Position numbers and translations under genes: made by a program. Under the pieces are notes generated by a model, which saw nothing but the letters and a program-made list of their open reading frames with translations, was not told where the DNA came from and did not search any database. Shown in pieces: positions 48,942 through 59,335 of a stretch of 64,000 nucleotides of DNA. How positions within the stretch are numbered: the first letter of the stretch is position 1; each line of letters opens with the position of its first letter. This DNA is from Escherichia phage DT571/2: sequence record NC_047749.1; one strand, written 5' to 3'.

Positions 48942-50155
48942 TCTTTATCTCCCTCGGTGGAACCTTGAGGTCTACCACCTTCTTGACCAGATACACCTGT
49001 TGCAGAACCAGCAACGTTAGCAGGAATACGAATCCTATTCATCTGCTCATCATCTAAAGGTTCAAGGTTCAGCTCTAAACGAGCTTCGTTACCAGTCATA
49101 ATACCATTATTAACCAATGAGGTTAAATGTTTAGCCTCAGCTTCTTTATCTGGTGTTAATGCAGCTACCTCCTTAGTATTAGGGGTAATCTTATAACCAA
49201 AAAAGAAAGTAAGAGAACTAGTCAGTTTGTTCAGCATAGGAATGATAGTCATATAGTAGAACAATTCGATGTTTGGTCGAATATTCGCATTATTACCACC
49301 ATCAATCAGTACTTGCGGAACACCAAAGGCTAGACAGATAGATTTATTAAATCCTGCGATGTCTTCCTTAAAGTCTAGATCTTTAAAAGAGGATATTTGG
49401 GAGTACGGTTTAGCTTTCATACCACCATCTAGAATCAGGACAGAAGACTGACCCGTACTAGGATTATAATCGAGTTGTAATTCTTCTTGTTTACGCTCAC
49501 GCAATTTCTTGTTCAGGATTTCATCCGTTTCAAGAATAAGACCAATCACGGTTCCGTTATCTAGGAACTTCTCTTTAAAGTTAAGCATTTTAGAACGCTT
49601 CTCAAGAGAGTCAATAACAGTAGCAACACGAGATTGTCCAGAAATTTGAGAATTTGTGCCACACACGTAACTGTTATCCTTTATAAAGATAATCTCATCT
49701 ACGCGATAGTTTATCTGATTATTAAATATAAATTTTTTGATAAACTTATTGGCATCTGCCTCGACCTGCATGAGAGCGGCCGGGACATGGTAAAGCGATG
49801 TGCCATCCCAATAGATGTATGCACAACCCTCAAAAAGTAGGTCAGTGACTACAAGTCTACGGAATGTGCTTATATCCATGAATGGATTAGGTCGTACATT
49901 TAAGAGAGTGTCTAGAGTCTTTGTTTTGACGCCATTAGCGTACGTAACAATATTATATTTATCTCCGACAGTATAAGAACACTCCGCCGCACTATCTATA
50001 ACCATATTGGCAGTTCGATTGAGAATCTCAATCTTGCTATAGGCTTGTCCAGTGGTAAAAGGCTTACGGTTAGTGCGATGACTAACTGGTTCCATGTCTC
50101 TTATAATACGTTGACCCGGATTTAGCTTTTCAGTAATCCAGCTTTTAAAACCCAT
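48938..50155 (-). CDS. Portal protein (T5 pb7-like, 405 aa)
   Basis: Size and position between terminase and protease. Confidence 0.7.
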   Translation of the reverse strand: MGFKSWITEKLNPGQRIIRDMEPVSHRTNRKPFTTGQAYSKIEILNRTANMVIDSAAECSYTVGDKYNIVTYANGVKTKTLDTLLNVRPNPFMDISTFRRLVVTDLLFEGCAYIYWDGTSLYHVPAALMQVEADANKFIKKFIFNNQINYRVDEIIFIKDNSYVCGTNSQISGQSRVATVIDSLEKRSKMLNFKEKFLDNGTVIGLILETDEILNKKLRERKQEELQLDYNPSTGQSSVLILDGGMKAKPYSQISSFKDLDFKEDIAGFNKSICLAFGVPQVLIDGGNNANIRPNIELFYYMTIIPMLNKLTSSLTFFFGYKITPNTKEVAALTPDKEAEAKHLTSLVNNGIMTGNEARLELNLEPLDDEQMNRIRIPANVAGSATGVSGQEGGRPQGSTEGDKE

Positions 50156-50607
50156 TATAAGAACCTTGCGAATCCTGATTTTGTTTCAGTCTTGACTTGT
50201 GTCTTTTCTTGAGGATTCTGTAATTTGTCTTTCTGCTTTTGAACCCATGCTTTCTGTTTATCAGCAGAAAATAATGGAGGTTCTTTCGTGTAAACCTTAT
50301 GTAATAGTTGGTGATGGTGCTGGCACAATGTTACCACGTCCCTAACTAACTCATGCTCATATTTCTTGTAGAATGCTTCCCTATTTGAAAGGACGATATT
50401 CTCATCAGTGAAATCCAGCTGGAGTTCTTTAGCAAATTTTTTTATTAGCTGAGATATAGTATGATAATGGTGAAGTTCTAGGTCTTCACTACTACCACAT
50501 ATAGCACAGCAACCATCCTTACTATACCTAGATTTTATACCATCCCTCATTATAGAGATGGCATCACGTTTGTACTTAGTATTAGTGGCCATAATCCCCC
50601 AATCCAA
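50155..50607 (-). CDS. HNH endonuclease
   Basis: CAICGSSEDLELHHYH ... CQHHHQLLHK (HNH/zinc motif). Confidence 0.7.
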   Translation of the reverse strand: MDWGIMATNTKYKRDAISIMRDGIKSRYSKDGCCAICGSSEDLELHHYHTISQLIKKFAKELQLDFTDENIVLSNREAFYKKYEHELVRDVVTLCQHHHQLLHKVYTKEPPLFSADKQKAWVQKQKDKLQNPQEKTQVKTETKSGFARFL

Positions 50608-51110
50608 AGCTACTTAGAAAGATTACTATATCCTCTAGGGCAACATTGAGATTCCATCTAATGTGGTATAGCATATATGACCCTTATTGTGTTATAGATG
50701 TAGTTTTTATTATTATAGTTATTTAATAGCACATACTCTATTCTGGGTATTTTGGCTTTAATAGCTACATCTAGTGATATAGTGTAGAGGTGTAATGTGG
50801 TGTTGCTTCCCAAACGTGTGCTCTCTGGCATTTAAATACTGTTTTTGTACGTTGGTTTACATATTCACCGACAATTTGGATTCCACGATCAGCTAATCTA
50901 ATATTTATATCTTTTATTGTTAGCTTTTGTCGACCCGTAGAATCTCCTACACCTCATGTAGAGCATTAATTTTTTCTTGTTTACGTTCTATTATGGGAGA
51001 AGTTCTCCCGATCAATGAATATAGTATACATAATCGTATCGAATTTGTAAAGGGGATTTTAAAATACAGGAATGGGATACCAACTGAGTAGTATCCCATC
51101 CTATACTTAT

Positions 51111-52427
51111 TTATTTACCACGGGAAATAGAGTAAATTCCATAGCGGAGCGCATCACAAAGGTGAGAGTTAGCATCATGACGTGGTCTTTCACGTGATAA
51201 TTTCTCTTCGCCTTCTTGGAAATCCCACTTATAGTTCTGCAATGCATGAATTAAGGAGGAACATGAGGCATCCACAATAATTTTCCCTTGCTGGAATAAC
51301 GCTTGCAAACATGCTAGACCATCTAGGACAGATTTTTTAGCCGGAGCCGACGCGATTTCATGCTCATACGCTAAGTCCTGGCGGAACTGAGCTGCTGCAG
51401 AGTCAACAAAAATACGATCAACTTTATAACGATCTATACAGTGCTGAATATAAGCAGCATGCTGAGCTGTAGTTTTCTCCGCCTGCTGGTACTCTTCTAA
51501 CACATAGTAAGTATCCGTATCGTAATGATATTTAATAGTAAGAACTGCTGTAGGATCACGATAACCAACGTCAATACCAAGCAACGTTTCGAATGCTTCA
51601 TCATCTTTAAAGAAGTGGCGCATACCTTTGAGGTCTTTAACATGATCGATAGCATTGAAAGTATCAAATATCTGGCCTTCGAATACAGAGAAGTCAGCCT
51701 CGTATTCCTGACGGAAGTAGTTTTTACTAACTGTACGACGTGCTTCCTCAATGTCATGCAAGTCAGCACGTGGGTTATCACGATATGTACCATGAATGGA
51801 TACCCAGTTAGGCAACGTATCATCAAATCCGTAGGCGTAAAACTCTTTAAACCAGTTACCTCCACGAGGGGTGGAAATAAATAGAGCCTTAGAATTAGGT
51901 TTATCTAGAGTAGGACGCAGCTGAACCCTGAAGGCATCACCACCCACGTCGGAAATTGCCGCCTCGTCAAAGATGATAAAATCGTATGAACGTCCAACTG
52001 CGGAGTCAGCCTGAGCCGCGGAAGCTAGTTTAAATAGAGAACCATTAGCTAACTCAATCTCTTTATCTTTAGCGTTTTCACGTTCGGTTTGTAGGCCGTA
52101 CTTCTTAATAAGACCACGAATCTGAGACCATCCGATATTAGCCAGTGAATAGTTAGGGGCAACTACTAGCACCTTCACATTAGGTTCCAGCAACTTTAGG
52201 AACCCAAGTGTATATGCTATAAAGGACTTACCTACACGGCGTGATACACACGCCGTTACAAAACGATGTCTAGGGTCTTCTAGCGCATTGATAATAGCTA
52301 TTTGAGGGCCATTAGGTGTAATACCCTCTTGTGCTAGTATTCCGGAAACAGGTAGACGAAAGAAACGTTTATCTACCCCGAAATCAATAACATCTACTGT
52401 ATTAACATAGGGTCTTGATACTTCCAT
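51111..52427 (-). CDS. Terminase large subunit (438 aa)
   Basis: Walker A-like VSRRVGKS; 438 aa; start overlaps stop of the small-subunit gene. Confidence 0.8.
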   Translation of the reverse strand: MEVSRPYVNTVDVIDFGVDKRFFRLPVSGILAQEGITPNGPQIAIINALEDPRHRFVTACVSRRVGKSFIAYTLGFLKLLEPNVKVLVVAPNYSLANIGWSQIRGLIKKYGLQTERENAKDKEIELANGSLFKLASAAQADSAVGRSYDFIIFDEAAISDVGGDAFRVQLRPTLDKPNSKALFISTPRGGNWFKEFYAYGFDDTLPNWVSIHGTYRDNPRADLHDIEEARRTVSKNYFRQEYEADFSVFEGQIFDTFNAIDHVKDLKGMRHFFKDDEAFETLLGIDVGYRDPTAVLTIKYHYDTDTYYVLEEYQQAEKTTAQHAAYIQHCIDRYKVDRIFVDSAAAQFRQDLAYEHEIASAPAKKSVLDGLACLQALFQQGKIIVDASCSSLIHALQNYKWDFQEGEEKLSRERPRHDANSHLCDALRYGIYSISRGK

Positions 52428-52909
52428 TACTTCTTACCTCCAGTAGCTAGGGAAGTAATTAAGTCCATGTAGTTTTGGTCCCCAGCTCCAGCAATAATGT
52501 TATTCTGGATATTGGTCTGGTTAGCAGGAGCACGGACAGCAGCTTTAGCTTTTTCTAACTCTACCATCATCTTCATTTCTTCCATCTTCATCTTGTGTGC
52601 CTTCCAGAGAATATCCATAATATCCTGGTCAGAACCCATGCCAGTTTCTTCTAGCTCCTCTAGTTTACGTTTAATAACTTCGTCTAGAACACCAAACAAA
52701 CGATCCCTATTACGGAATCCACTCTCCATAAAAATATCGTTTAAGTAGTTCTTAACTTCACTACGATTCATAATATCTCGAAAAGCAATTTCAGACATTC
52801 CAAGACTACGTGCGGCAGAAGGCACATCGCTGCCGCACTGTAAATAAGCTTCAATCACATCCATCCCTTCAGGGGACATAAGATCTGGTACTAATACATC
52901 ATTTGCCAT
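52427..52909 (-). CDS. Terminase small subunit
   Basis: HTH-like [17 protein letters not shown]; immediately upstream of and overlapping the large subunit. Confidence 0.55.
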   Translation of the reverse strand: MANDVLVPDLMSPEGMDVIEAYLQCGSDVPSAARSLGMSEIAFRDIMNRSEVKNYLNDIFMESGFRNRDRLFGVLDEVIKRKLEELEETGMGSDQDIMDILWKAHKMKMEEMKMMVELEKAKAAVRAPANQTNIQNNIIAGAGDQNYMDLITSLATGGKK

Positions 52910-52919
52910 ATTTCCTCCT

Positions 52920-54680
52920 TTAGGTAAGGCGTTGAACTGTTACTCGTAGTCTCGGTAAGAAAACTGCTGAACCTAAACTAACGTGTAGTATAACACCTAA
53001 TTCTGCATTACCATTACCAAGATTTTTTATTGTATATATAAAACTATTTCTACTAAAAGCTCCGCTGTCTGGAGTATATTTATAAGCAGAGGTAGTATGG
53101 AAAGGTACTAACTTTCCAGGAGGAAGAACTAAAATTTGGTGAAATATAGCATCTCCTCCTGTATAACTTTGTGATTTTCTTCCTTGCACCTGAAAAACAC
53201 TACCATTCCACGTATTTACTGGTAACCCAGCAACATTAAGGTTACCAGATAGTATTTCACTAGTTAATATAACAGTAGAGTTATTATTTGGCAGACCTAA
53301 TCCAACTGTTGCTAGGGATTTATAAACATTACCAGTGCCTGGGTATGTCGGAGTAATATCGTTACCAATATAGGCGCTAGCCACGTTACCAGATAATAGG
53401 CGTAAAGGTACTGATGAAGGCCCCCAGACAACACCATTCTCATTACCAATAGTATTATTATTAGAGTTTACGTACCAAGTCTTACCAGCAGAGAACTTAT
53501 AAATACTAAGTTGTGCTCTTGTACCACTATAGTTGACTGGTGCCCATATAGATCCTTTATTGGAACATACAAATTCACATCTTCCAGTAGTATCCCCAAA
53601 CACTCCATCATGAGCAGCGTTTACTCCAATATACTCCATATCAGCACGAGAAGTTAGGTTTCCTAAAGCATTCTGATTAATAAACTTCCAACTAGTAGTA
53701 GATAACTTAACTCCCTTAATAGTAAAGTTGGACGGAGAAATTATTATGTCAGAACCCGTGAAAGGGTTACTAGAAACAGACATACCACCGTTAGAATACC
53801 TTAGGTTCAGTACATACCATATAACTTTTGTAGGAGTTACTCCGTAGCCATCTTGAACTATTTTTGTATTAGCTGATTGACTTGCTAACTTAGTAGCAGA
53901 ACCTCTACAAACATACCTATTTCCACCATCACTAAAGTGCTGTACTATATTGCTAGGAATTGTTTGTTTGTACCCAACATACCCCCTAATGTTAGAATTA
54001 CATACATAAAACCATTCATGGCCACGTTTACCAGCCCCCATTGGAGCCATCCAGTTAGGATTCCAATAGTACGTATCACCTGAAGATATAGGAACGGAAG
54101 AACTTCCTATAGGATACCCTAGTTGTTTGAAGGTTTCAGCTACAGTAGCACCCACAGGTGCACCACCCCCCGGTCTTACAACACCATGGTAAGTACTATG
54201 TAGTACAGTACCACCTGTACCACTTCTAGCTATAGATTCTTCATGCCCCAGAGAACTATTATAAGAATAAGTACCTGAAGCTAGACTATTCCCAAAAGCA
54301 AATCCAGCAGTTTGACTTAAACTAGCAAACGATCTATAGGGGTCAGCCTGAGTAGAAGAAAGAAATTGTCCAACTTGGGATTGAGTACCATTCAAGAAAC
54401 CACGATGAGTACCATTAACTTCTATAGCTGTTAGTATAACCCTACCAGGATCATTGCTCTTTAGGTTAACTATATCAGAAGGCATTTGGCATACATAGAA
54501 ACCATTCCCAGCACTACTTAATGCACTCTCATAAGTGCTTTCTACTAATACGAAGGGCATATCAGAATGAAAAATAGTATTAGTACTAGGGTTTTTATGA
54601 GCATTAATATCTCCACCACTAGCAGTATTTAGTGACAATACAGTTTTACCATCACTATATTTTCCAGCGAAAAAACCCAT
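52920..54680 (-). CDS. Receptor-binding tail protein (pb5-like, 586 aa)
   Basis: Last late gene, divergent from the lipoprotein gene as for oad/llp in T5; Gly/Ser/Asn-rich. Receptor cannot be told from sequence. Confidence 0.6.
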   Translation of the reverse strand: MGFFAGKYSDGKTVLSLNTASGGDINAHKNPSTNTIFHSDMPFVLVESTYESALSSAGNGFYVCQMPSDIVNLKSNDPGRVILTAIEVNGTHRGFLNGTQSQVGQFLSSTQADPYRSFASLSQTAGFAFGNSLASGTYSYNSSLGHEESIARSGTGGTVLHSTYHGVVRPGGGAPVGATVAETFKQLGYPIGSSSVPISSGDTYYWNPNWMAPMGAGKRGHEWFYVCNSNIRGYVGYKQTIPSNIVQHFSDGGNRYVCRGSATKLASQSANTKIVQDGYGVTPTKVIWYVLNLRYSNGGMSVSSNPFTGSDIIISPSNFTIKGVKLSTTSWKFINQNALGNLTSRADMEYIGVNAAHDGVFGDTTGRCEFVCSNKGSIWAPVNYSGTRAQLSIYKFSAGKTWYVNSNNNTIGNENGVVWGPSSVPLRLLSGNVASAYIGNDITPTYPGTGNVYKSLATVGLGLPNNNSTVILTSEILSGNLNVAGLPVNTWNGSVFQVQGRKSQSYTGGDAIFHQILVLPPGKLVPFHTTSAYKYTPDSGAFSRNSFIYTIKNLGNGNAELGVILHVSLGSAVFLPRLRVTVQRLT

Positions 54681-54705
54681 ATAATCTCCTATTATAAAAA
54701 TGTAT

Positions 54706-54734
54706 TTGCTTTTATCTCTCTATTTTGCTATAAT
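54706..54734 (+). promoter_or_regulatory. T5-type sigma70 promoter for the lipoprotein gene
   Basis: ttgctt 54706-54711, 17-bp spacer, TGc-tataat 54726-54734, leader agattcataaattagaaatggagag. Confidence 0.7.
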
Positions 54735-54765
54735 AGATTCATAAATTAGAAATGGAGAGATAAAT

Positions 54766-55032
54766 ATGAAAAAGTTTGTAATTGCACTAGTTGCCACAGT
54801 TATGTTATCTGGTTGTGCACCTGCTCCCAAACCATTTTGTACGGGATTTGTAAAATCTTTTGGTGGTGCGGGAGAGGAACATTACGGTCTCAAGGTTCAA
54901 AAAGTTCGTATTAAGGGAGATCGCTTTCCAGTAGTACAGCTCCGTACTAAGTTTGGGTGGTGGGATCTCAGTCAGTTTGACCTTAAATATGGTGATTGTA
55001 AATTTAAACTAGAGCAATCTAATTACCTGTAA
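54766..55032 (+). CDS. llp: Lipoprotein, receptor-blocking superinfection-exclusion type (Llp-like)
   Basis: Signal peptide plus lipobox MKKFVIALVATVMLSGC; small; divergent from the receptor-binding gene; early-type promoter. Confidence 0.7.
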   Translation: MKKFVIALVATVMLSGCAPAPKPFCTGFVKSFGGAGEEHYGLKVQKVRIKGDRFPVVQLRTKFGWWDLSQFDLKYGDCKFKLEQSNYL

Positions 55033-55208
55033 TTAGTATAAAACAAAAAGACATCCAAGTAAACTAAATTTTTTATTTCTTGGATGGTATATTGGCATAA
55101 ACCACTATGTAAGAAAAGTAGAAGTCCTTCTAGGAGTCCATAAGCACGGTTGGTTATGCACAAATTGTAGAATACTTTAAATATCACATTTATAGGAGCA
55201 TGAAAGAT

Positions 55209-55337
55209 ATGTCAAACAAGAGAAAAAGTAGACGCGGAGAAGTGTATGAGAGTTGGGTTAATAGTTTTGGACTTGGGACTATCCTATTTTTTATTTTCGT
55301 AGGTTTTTGGTTGGCAGCTATGGCGGGGTGGATTTAA
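55209..55337 (+). CDS. Small membrane protein (42 aa)
   Basis: SD aggag; C-terminal TM helix LGTILFFIFVGFWLAAMAGWI; stop overlaps the next start. Confidence 0.4.
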   Translation: MSNKRKSRRGEVYESWVNSFGLGTILFFIFVGFWLAAMAGWI

Positions 55338-55444
55338 TGGAATGGGTAATTGTTACATTGCTAGGGATTGTGATTATTGGGCAATGTATTTTAGATAATC
55401 ACTTAGCTAGAATTGAAACTTTACTAACGGAGAAACGTAAATGA
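55337..55444 (+). CDS. Small membrane protein (35 aa)
   Basis: N-terminal TM helix WVIVTLLGIVIIG; TAATG and ATGA overlaps with neighbours. Confidence 0.4.
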   Translation: MEWVIVTLLGIVIIGQCILDNHLARIETLLTEKRK

Positions 55445-55635
55445 TGGAAGTAGTAGCTACACTAATAGTAATACAAGTCTGGGCAACTTTCATTGTTTCT
55501 TATAACGCGTATGTTCGCCTAAAAACTCTAGAGGCTCAAGTAAAACAGCAACAAGTTACTCTAGAAAAGCTAGTACTACTGCAACGTTGTGATAGTACCC
55601 GCATTTTGCAAATTGAGAGGGAATTAGATGTTTAG
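55441..55635 (+). CDS. Small membrane protein with coiled-coil tail (64 aa)
   Basis: TM helix VVATLIVIQVWATFIV followed by a helical charged segment. Confidence 0.45.
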   Translation: MMEVVATLIVIQVWATFIVSYNAYVRLKTLEAQVKQQQVTLEKLVLLQRCDSTRILQIERELDV

Positions 55636-55873
55636 TATTATACTTGCTTTTATTATCGGGGTGCTTGCGGGAATTTTCGGAATGACTGCGGCTATTAACA
55701 AGCATCGCAAATATATCGCGGAAGTATCGCGGGAGATTGCGGAAAGGGAGCGGAAGTTTGACGAGAAACGTGCGGAGTTCGAACGGGAGTGGAGTGATGG
55801 TTCTCGGGCGTCGCGGAAGAGATTTCGTGAGTTTAGACCTGAACATCGGTTTGATGACCATTCTATGCGCTAA
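55628..55873 (+). CDS. Small membrane protein with highly charged C-terminal domain (81 aa)
   Basis: N-terminal TM helix FSIILAFIIGVLAGIFGM followed by an Arg/Glu-rich tail. Confidence 0.45.
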   Translation: MFSIILAFIIGVLAGIFGMTAAINKHRKYIAEVSREIAERERKFDEKRAEFEREWSDGSRASRKRFREFRPEHRFDDHSMR

Positions 55874-56038
55874 TTGGGAAATCTCGAAATTTCATAAGAT
55901 TACACATGGAGGTGTGCTCACCGCCGGAGGCGAAAATACTTAGTCTGCTAACCGCCACCCCCCGTTACTATTACTCTGCTAACTATTTCACCTTGCAACC
56001 ATTTTAATTGCAAGGTGAAACAAATTCAACTGTAATTA

Positions 56039-56773
56039 TTACGCTACTTTTAATTTCTCAATATATTGTTGTGGGCTGCAACTATATTCTGCGCGCTCCT
56101 CCTCGGTCATACCTTCCCAACATAATTGCAAGCGGTCGGCTAGGAACTGATAATCATTATCATCTTCAAGAGATTCATCAATAAAGGTTTCGCCGATCAA
56201 TGTGACGCCTATTGATAGAATATCGTTAACGGCTTGCGCGTCCAGCGTTTTAAATCCATATGCCGCCGCCGCTGATAATACGCCTTTATGATCATCAATC
56301 ATCGTGAAATCAGCGTTCGGATATAGCTGTTTGAATAGCTCAAAATAATGGCTTTTATATATAGCGTCTTTACTGTGGTATATTTCGCTAACCTTATCAG
56401 CCGTAAAATATTTGTGAAGTGTATCGCGGGAAAATACGCGGATATTGCTATTCCCACGCCCTCGCAGACCTTGTTTGCGCAAATAATAATAATCCGACTT
56501 ACTCATCAGGCGAGCGGTGCAAATAATGTTTAACGTGTTGGCGTCATTCATGCATTGGCGCATATAGGTAACGAGCGGCAAAAGCGTATCCTGCATTATT
56601 AACTCATGTTTGCACGCTTCATTTTTATACTTATTTAAATCTAAATCGCCTTCAATATCAAAGCAAGGCGCTACACGGTGGGCGGAGTTAATGATCGTGC
56701 CGTCCAGATCCCAAATCATTACGCGGGAAATATGCGGGTAATTGCGGGAAATATTCTTTTTATCTTGATTCAT
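56039..56773 (-). CDS. dmp: 5'-deoxyribonucleotidase (HAD family; T5 dmp-like, 244 aa)
   Basis: HAD motif I IWDLDGTI near the N-terminus; 244 aa; pre-early-region context. Confidence 0.7.
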   Translation of the reverse strand: MNQDKKNISRNYPHISRVMIWDLDGTIINSAHRVAPCFDIEGDLDLNKYKNEACKHELIMQDTLLPLVTYMRQCMNDANTLNIICTARLMSKSDYYYLRKQGLRGRGNSNIRVFSRDTLHKYFTADKVSEIYHSKDAIYKSHYFELFKQLYPNADFTMIDDHKGVLSAAAAYGFKTLDAQAVNDILSIGVTLIGETFIDESLEDDNDYQFLADRLQLCWEGMTEEERAEYSCSPQQYIEKLKVA

Positions 56774-56847
56774 TTTGTTACGTTCTCCATTAAAGGGATT
56801 AAGTTAATTTAATCCAGCCCATACAGTGGGCTGGAGTATTTCAGTCA

Positions 56848-57249
56848 TTAAAATACCAGACCATAAGCCAAAGCATCAGCGATAACAGTAATATCCTCGC
56901 CAGATACACCGGAACGAATACCGGCGCATGTAAATACCTTCGCGCTCATTAACTGATCATCAAGACAAGCGGGGCAAGGCGCGACAACTGCGAAAGCTAA
57001 ACCAGCTTTTGCGGCGTCAATAATAGTCGTTTCTTGTTTCATCGTATCAATGTAAACGCCTTTCGCCTTGATGCGGCTAGATAGCTTGCCCGTGGTGTAG
57101 GCGAAAGTAGTGATCTGTAGCGCCTCATTAAATTCGATTAAGTCATCAACAACGTGCCCCGCCTCGACGTGATAGCGCTCACCGGTAGAATAAACTAGGA
57201 CGATTGCAGACTGCGCGCGATCGAATGGGATACGGTTGTAAGTAGTCAT
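56848..57249 (-). CDS. Hypothetical pre-early protein (133 aa)
   Basis: ORF with the conserved ggagtt-ATG initiation region shared by neighbours. Confidence 0.45.
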   Translation of the reverse strand: MTTYNRIPFDRAQSAIVLVYSTGERYHVEAGHVVDDLIEFNEALQITTFAYTTGKLSSRIKAKGVYIDTMKQETTIIDAAKAGLAFAVVAPCPACLDDQLMSAKVFTCAGIRSGVSGEDITVIADALAYGLVF

Positions 57250-57318
57250 GCGTATAACTCCAATTAATTTAATAAACTTTTATGGCGGCGGTATATTTCG
57301 CCCGCCCGCCTGATTTAT

Positions 57319-58983
57319 TTACGCGAAAAATTTGCCGTTTTTAAAGTCGATTAACGTGCGCTGCCCGTTTGCATATGTAATTACATGCGTTTGCGTCCAG
57401 CTTGATGCGCCGACGTTGTAGCCCATATCGAGGCTGCCCGATACGCCAGCAGTATATACGCCGCCGTAAATGCTGGCGGTATGGGTGTGCCCCGTGTTTA
57501 ATTTGCCCAACTTTTTAAATTGCTTCGGATTGCCGCGGCTCCCGTTGATGCCGTTGTGACCGTGTACGCCGCACTCAATGCCTGCAATCTTGAATGATTG
57601 ATCAGTCGTTAGGAATATGGCGTTAAACTCACAGCCTGCAACCTTGCGCAGCGCATAATCCAGCACGTTGAAAGTATCGTCATTTTCTGCAATAGCTCCA
57701 TAGATCGCGGCGTTGAGGCGGTGATATAGCTCTGCGTTTGCTGGATCGTCTTTAATGTTAGCGTTGCGATCATCCAGCCAACGGGATAACGCCAGATCGT
57801 GGTTTGACTCAACAATGATTGTTTGCGAGAAATCGCGCTCCATTGATTCCAATACACGCCCCGTGTCGATAAGATCATCTAAAACCTTATCACGTCCGGC
57901 GGCGTACTGTTTTGCTAGGAATACGCCAGATGCGCGATTGTGGTGGTTGCGTGATGTAAAGTCATGCACATCATGCACGAACTGATATTTAGGTTTAAGA
58001 ATATCAAGCAAACTATTTTCGCCCGCCCATGACGCTTCAGCACACGCCTTATCTAATTTTTCAGCGTGCACGTCGCCATACTGTAAACCTAAAACATGCC
58101 CCGATGTTTCATAACATCCGGCGGGAGTGGCGCAAATATTCAAATCATAAAAAACGCCGGTTTCATCCATCGTCTCAAGCTGGCGAACAAAAAATGCCCC
58201 GTCCTCGTCAAACTCGACAATCAGCGCGCCAAAGTTATGTAACGCTTCGGCCTTTTGCCCTGCTTTCTGCTGAATGTAGTTTTTTAGCGTTGCCGCTCCC
58301 GTTGAGTACATACGGCGCACTACTTCACCTTTGAGCGCTGGAACGCTTTCTGCGGTGATTTTAGCTGCTCCAATTGCCAAACCTTCAAGATCAAGCGCTG
58401 TTGCAGTCTCAGCGAATCCAGAAAGCGGGTAGTCTGCCGTTGGCAAAACATTAATCTCAGCCATGAAAGCAAAGCGGCGACTATTTAAAAACACGTTTTT
58501 ATTACAGATATATTTATCAAAAGCGGAATCATATTTGATCCCGTCCGCACCTTCTCCATTCTGGAATCCTTTTTTGTTATAAATGAACTTGCTAACCAGC
58601 AAATCAGCGCCGATAAATTGGGCGTAATGTTCAAGTGAGGCTAAAAAGTTTTTATGCGGGAACGTGTTGTTCTGGATTGATGTTATAATGAAGCGTTTGC
58701 CCTGCTTTACTTCCCACTGTTCAACCGTGCTAGAAATAATTCCCGCCGCCTCTGGGCGCTCGTCGTTTTTAACGGCTTTTGATGCTTTCGCCTCTTTTGG
58801 TTTCGCTGGTTTGTTTGCTTCCAGCCAATCACAAATTGCGGTCGAATGTTTTGCCGTATCGTACACCGCTTTTGATATATCGTCGCAGACTTCCAATCTA
58901 GTAGCGCGCAGACGTTTACCGTAAAAATTAAAATCAGCGGCCAGCTTCAGGATAACGGTTTGTTTTTCTGCGGAAATAACCAT
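57319..58983 (-). CDS. A1: Pre-early protein A1-like, metallophosphoesterase fold (554 aa)
   Basis: Calcineurin-like motifs in order: GDVH, ESNHD, HGHNG, GHTH; size close to T5 A1 (556 aa as I recall). Confidence 0.6.
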   Translation of the reverse strand: MVISAEKQTVILKLAADFNFYGKRLRATRLEVCDDISKAVYDTAKHSTAICDWLEANKPAKPKEAKASKAVKNDERPEAAGIISSTVEQWEVKQGKRFIITSIQNNTFPHKNFLASLEHYAQFIGADLLVSKFIYNKKGFQNGEGADGIKYDSAFDKYICNKNVFLNSRRFAFMAEINVLPTADYPLSGFAETATALDLEGLAIGAAKITAESVPALKGEVVRRMYSTGAATLKNYIQQKAGQKAEALHNFGALIVEFDEDGAFFVRQLETMDETGVFYDLNICATPAGCYETSGHVLGLQYGDVHAEKLDKACAEASWAGENSLLDILKPKYQFVHDVHDFTSRNHHNRASGVFLAKQYAAGRDKVLDDLIDTGRVLESMERDFSQTIIVESNHDLALSRWLDDRNANIKDDPANAELYHRLNAAIYGAIAENDDTFNVLDYALRKVAGCEFNAIFLTTDQSFKIAGIECGVHGHNGINGSRGNPKQFKKLGKLNTGHTHTASIYGGVYTAGVSGSLDMGYNVGASSWTQTHVITYANGQRTLIDFKNGKFFA

Positions 58984-59080
58984 AATATTAAAACTCCATT
59001 AAAGGGATTAAGAACGTTTGTTATTGGCAAATATTGCCAAATATAACGCTGCTTATTAACAGCGTTATAATTTGCAATAC

Positions 59081-59326
59081 TTAACTGATCGGCATCAGGC
59101 TAGAACTAACACCACAAACAACGGCGGTAATAAAACAAAATAAGCCTAAACGCTTTGCTAACTTTGATTTGCGTTTAAAGTAATATGAATCCAGATCATT
59201 CTGGAAATAAGCGAACAATAATGAGGCCGCTACAATAAATAAACCTAGAATTAACGATTCAGTGGGATAAAAGATCATTTTAATAATTCCAGTTAAAGGG
59301 AAATTATAGTGGGGAATATTCCCCAC
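59081..59326 (-). CDS. Small membrane protein (81 aa)
   Basis: Two predicted TM helices. Confidence 0.4.
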   Translation of the reverse strand: MGNIPHYNFPLTGIIKMIFYPTESLILGLFIVAASLLFAYFQNDLDSYYFKRKSKLAKRLGLFCFITAVVCGVSSSLMPIS

Positions 59327-59335
59327 TAATTAAAT

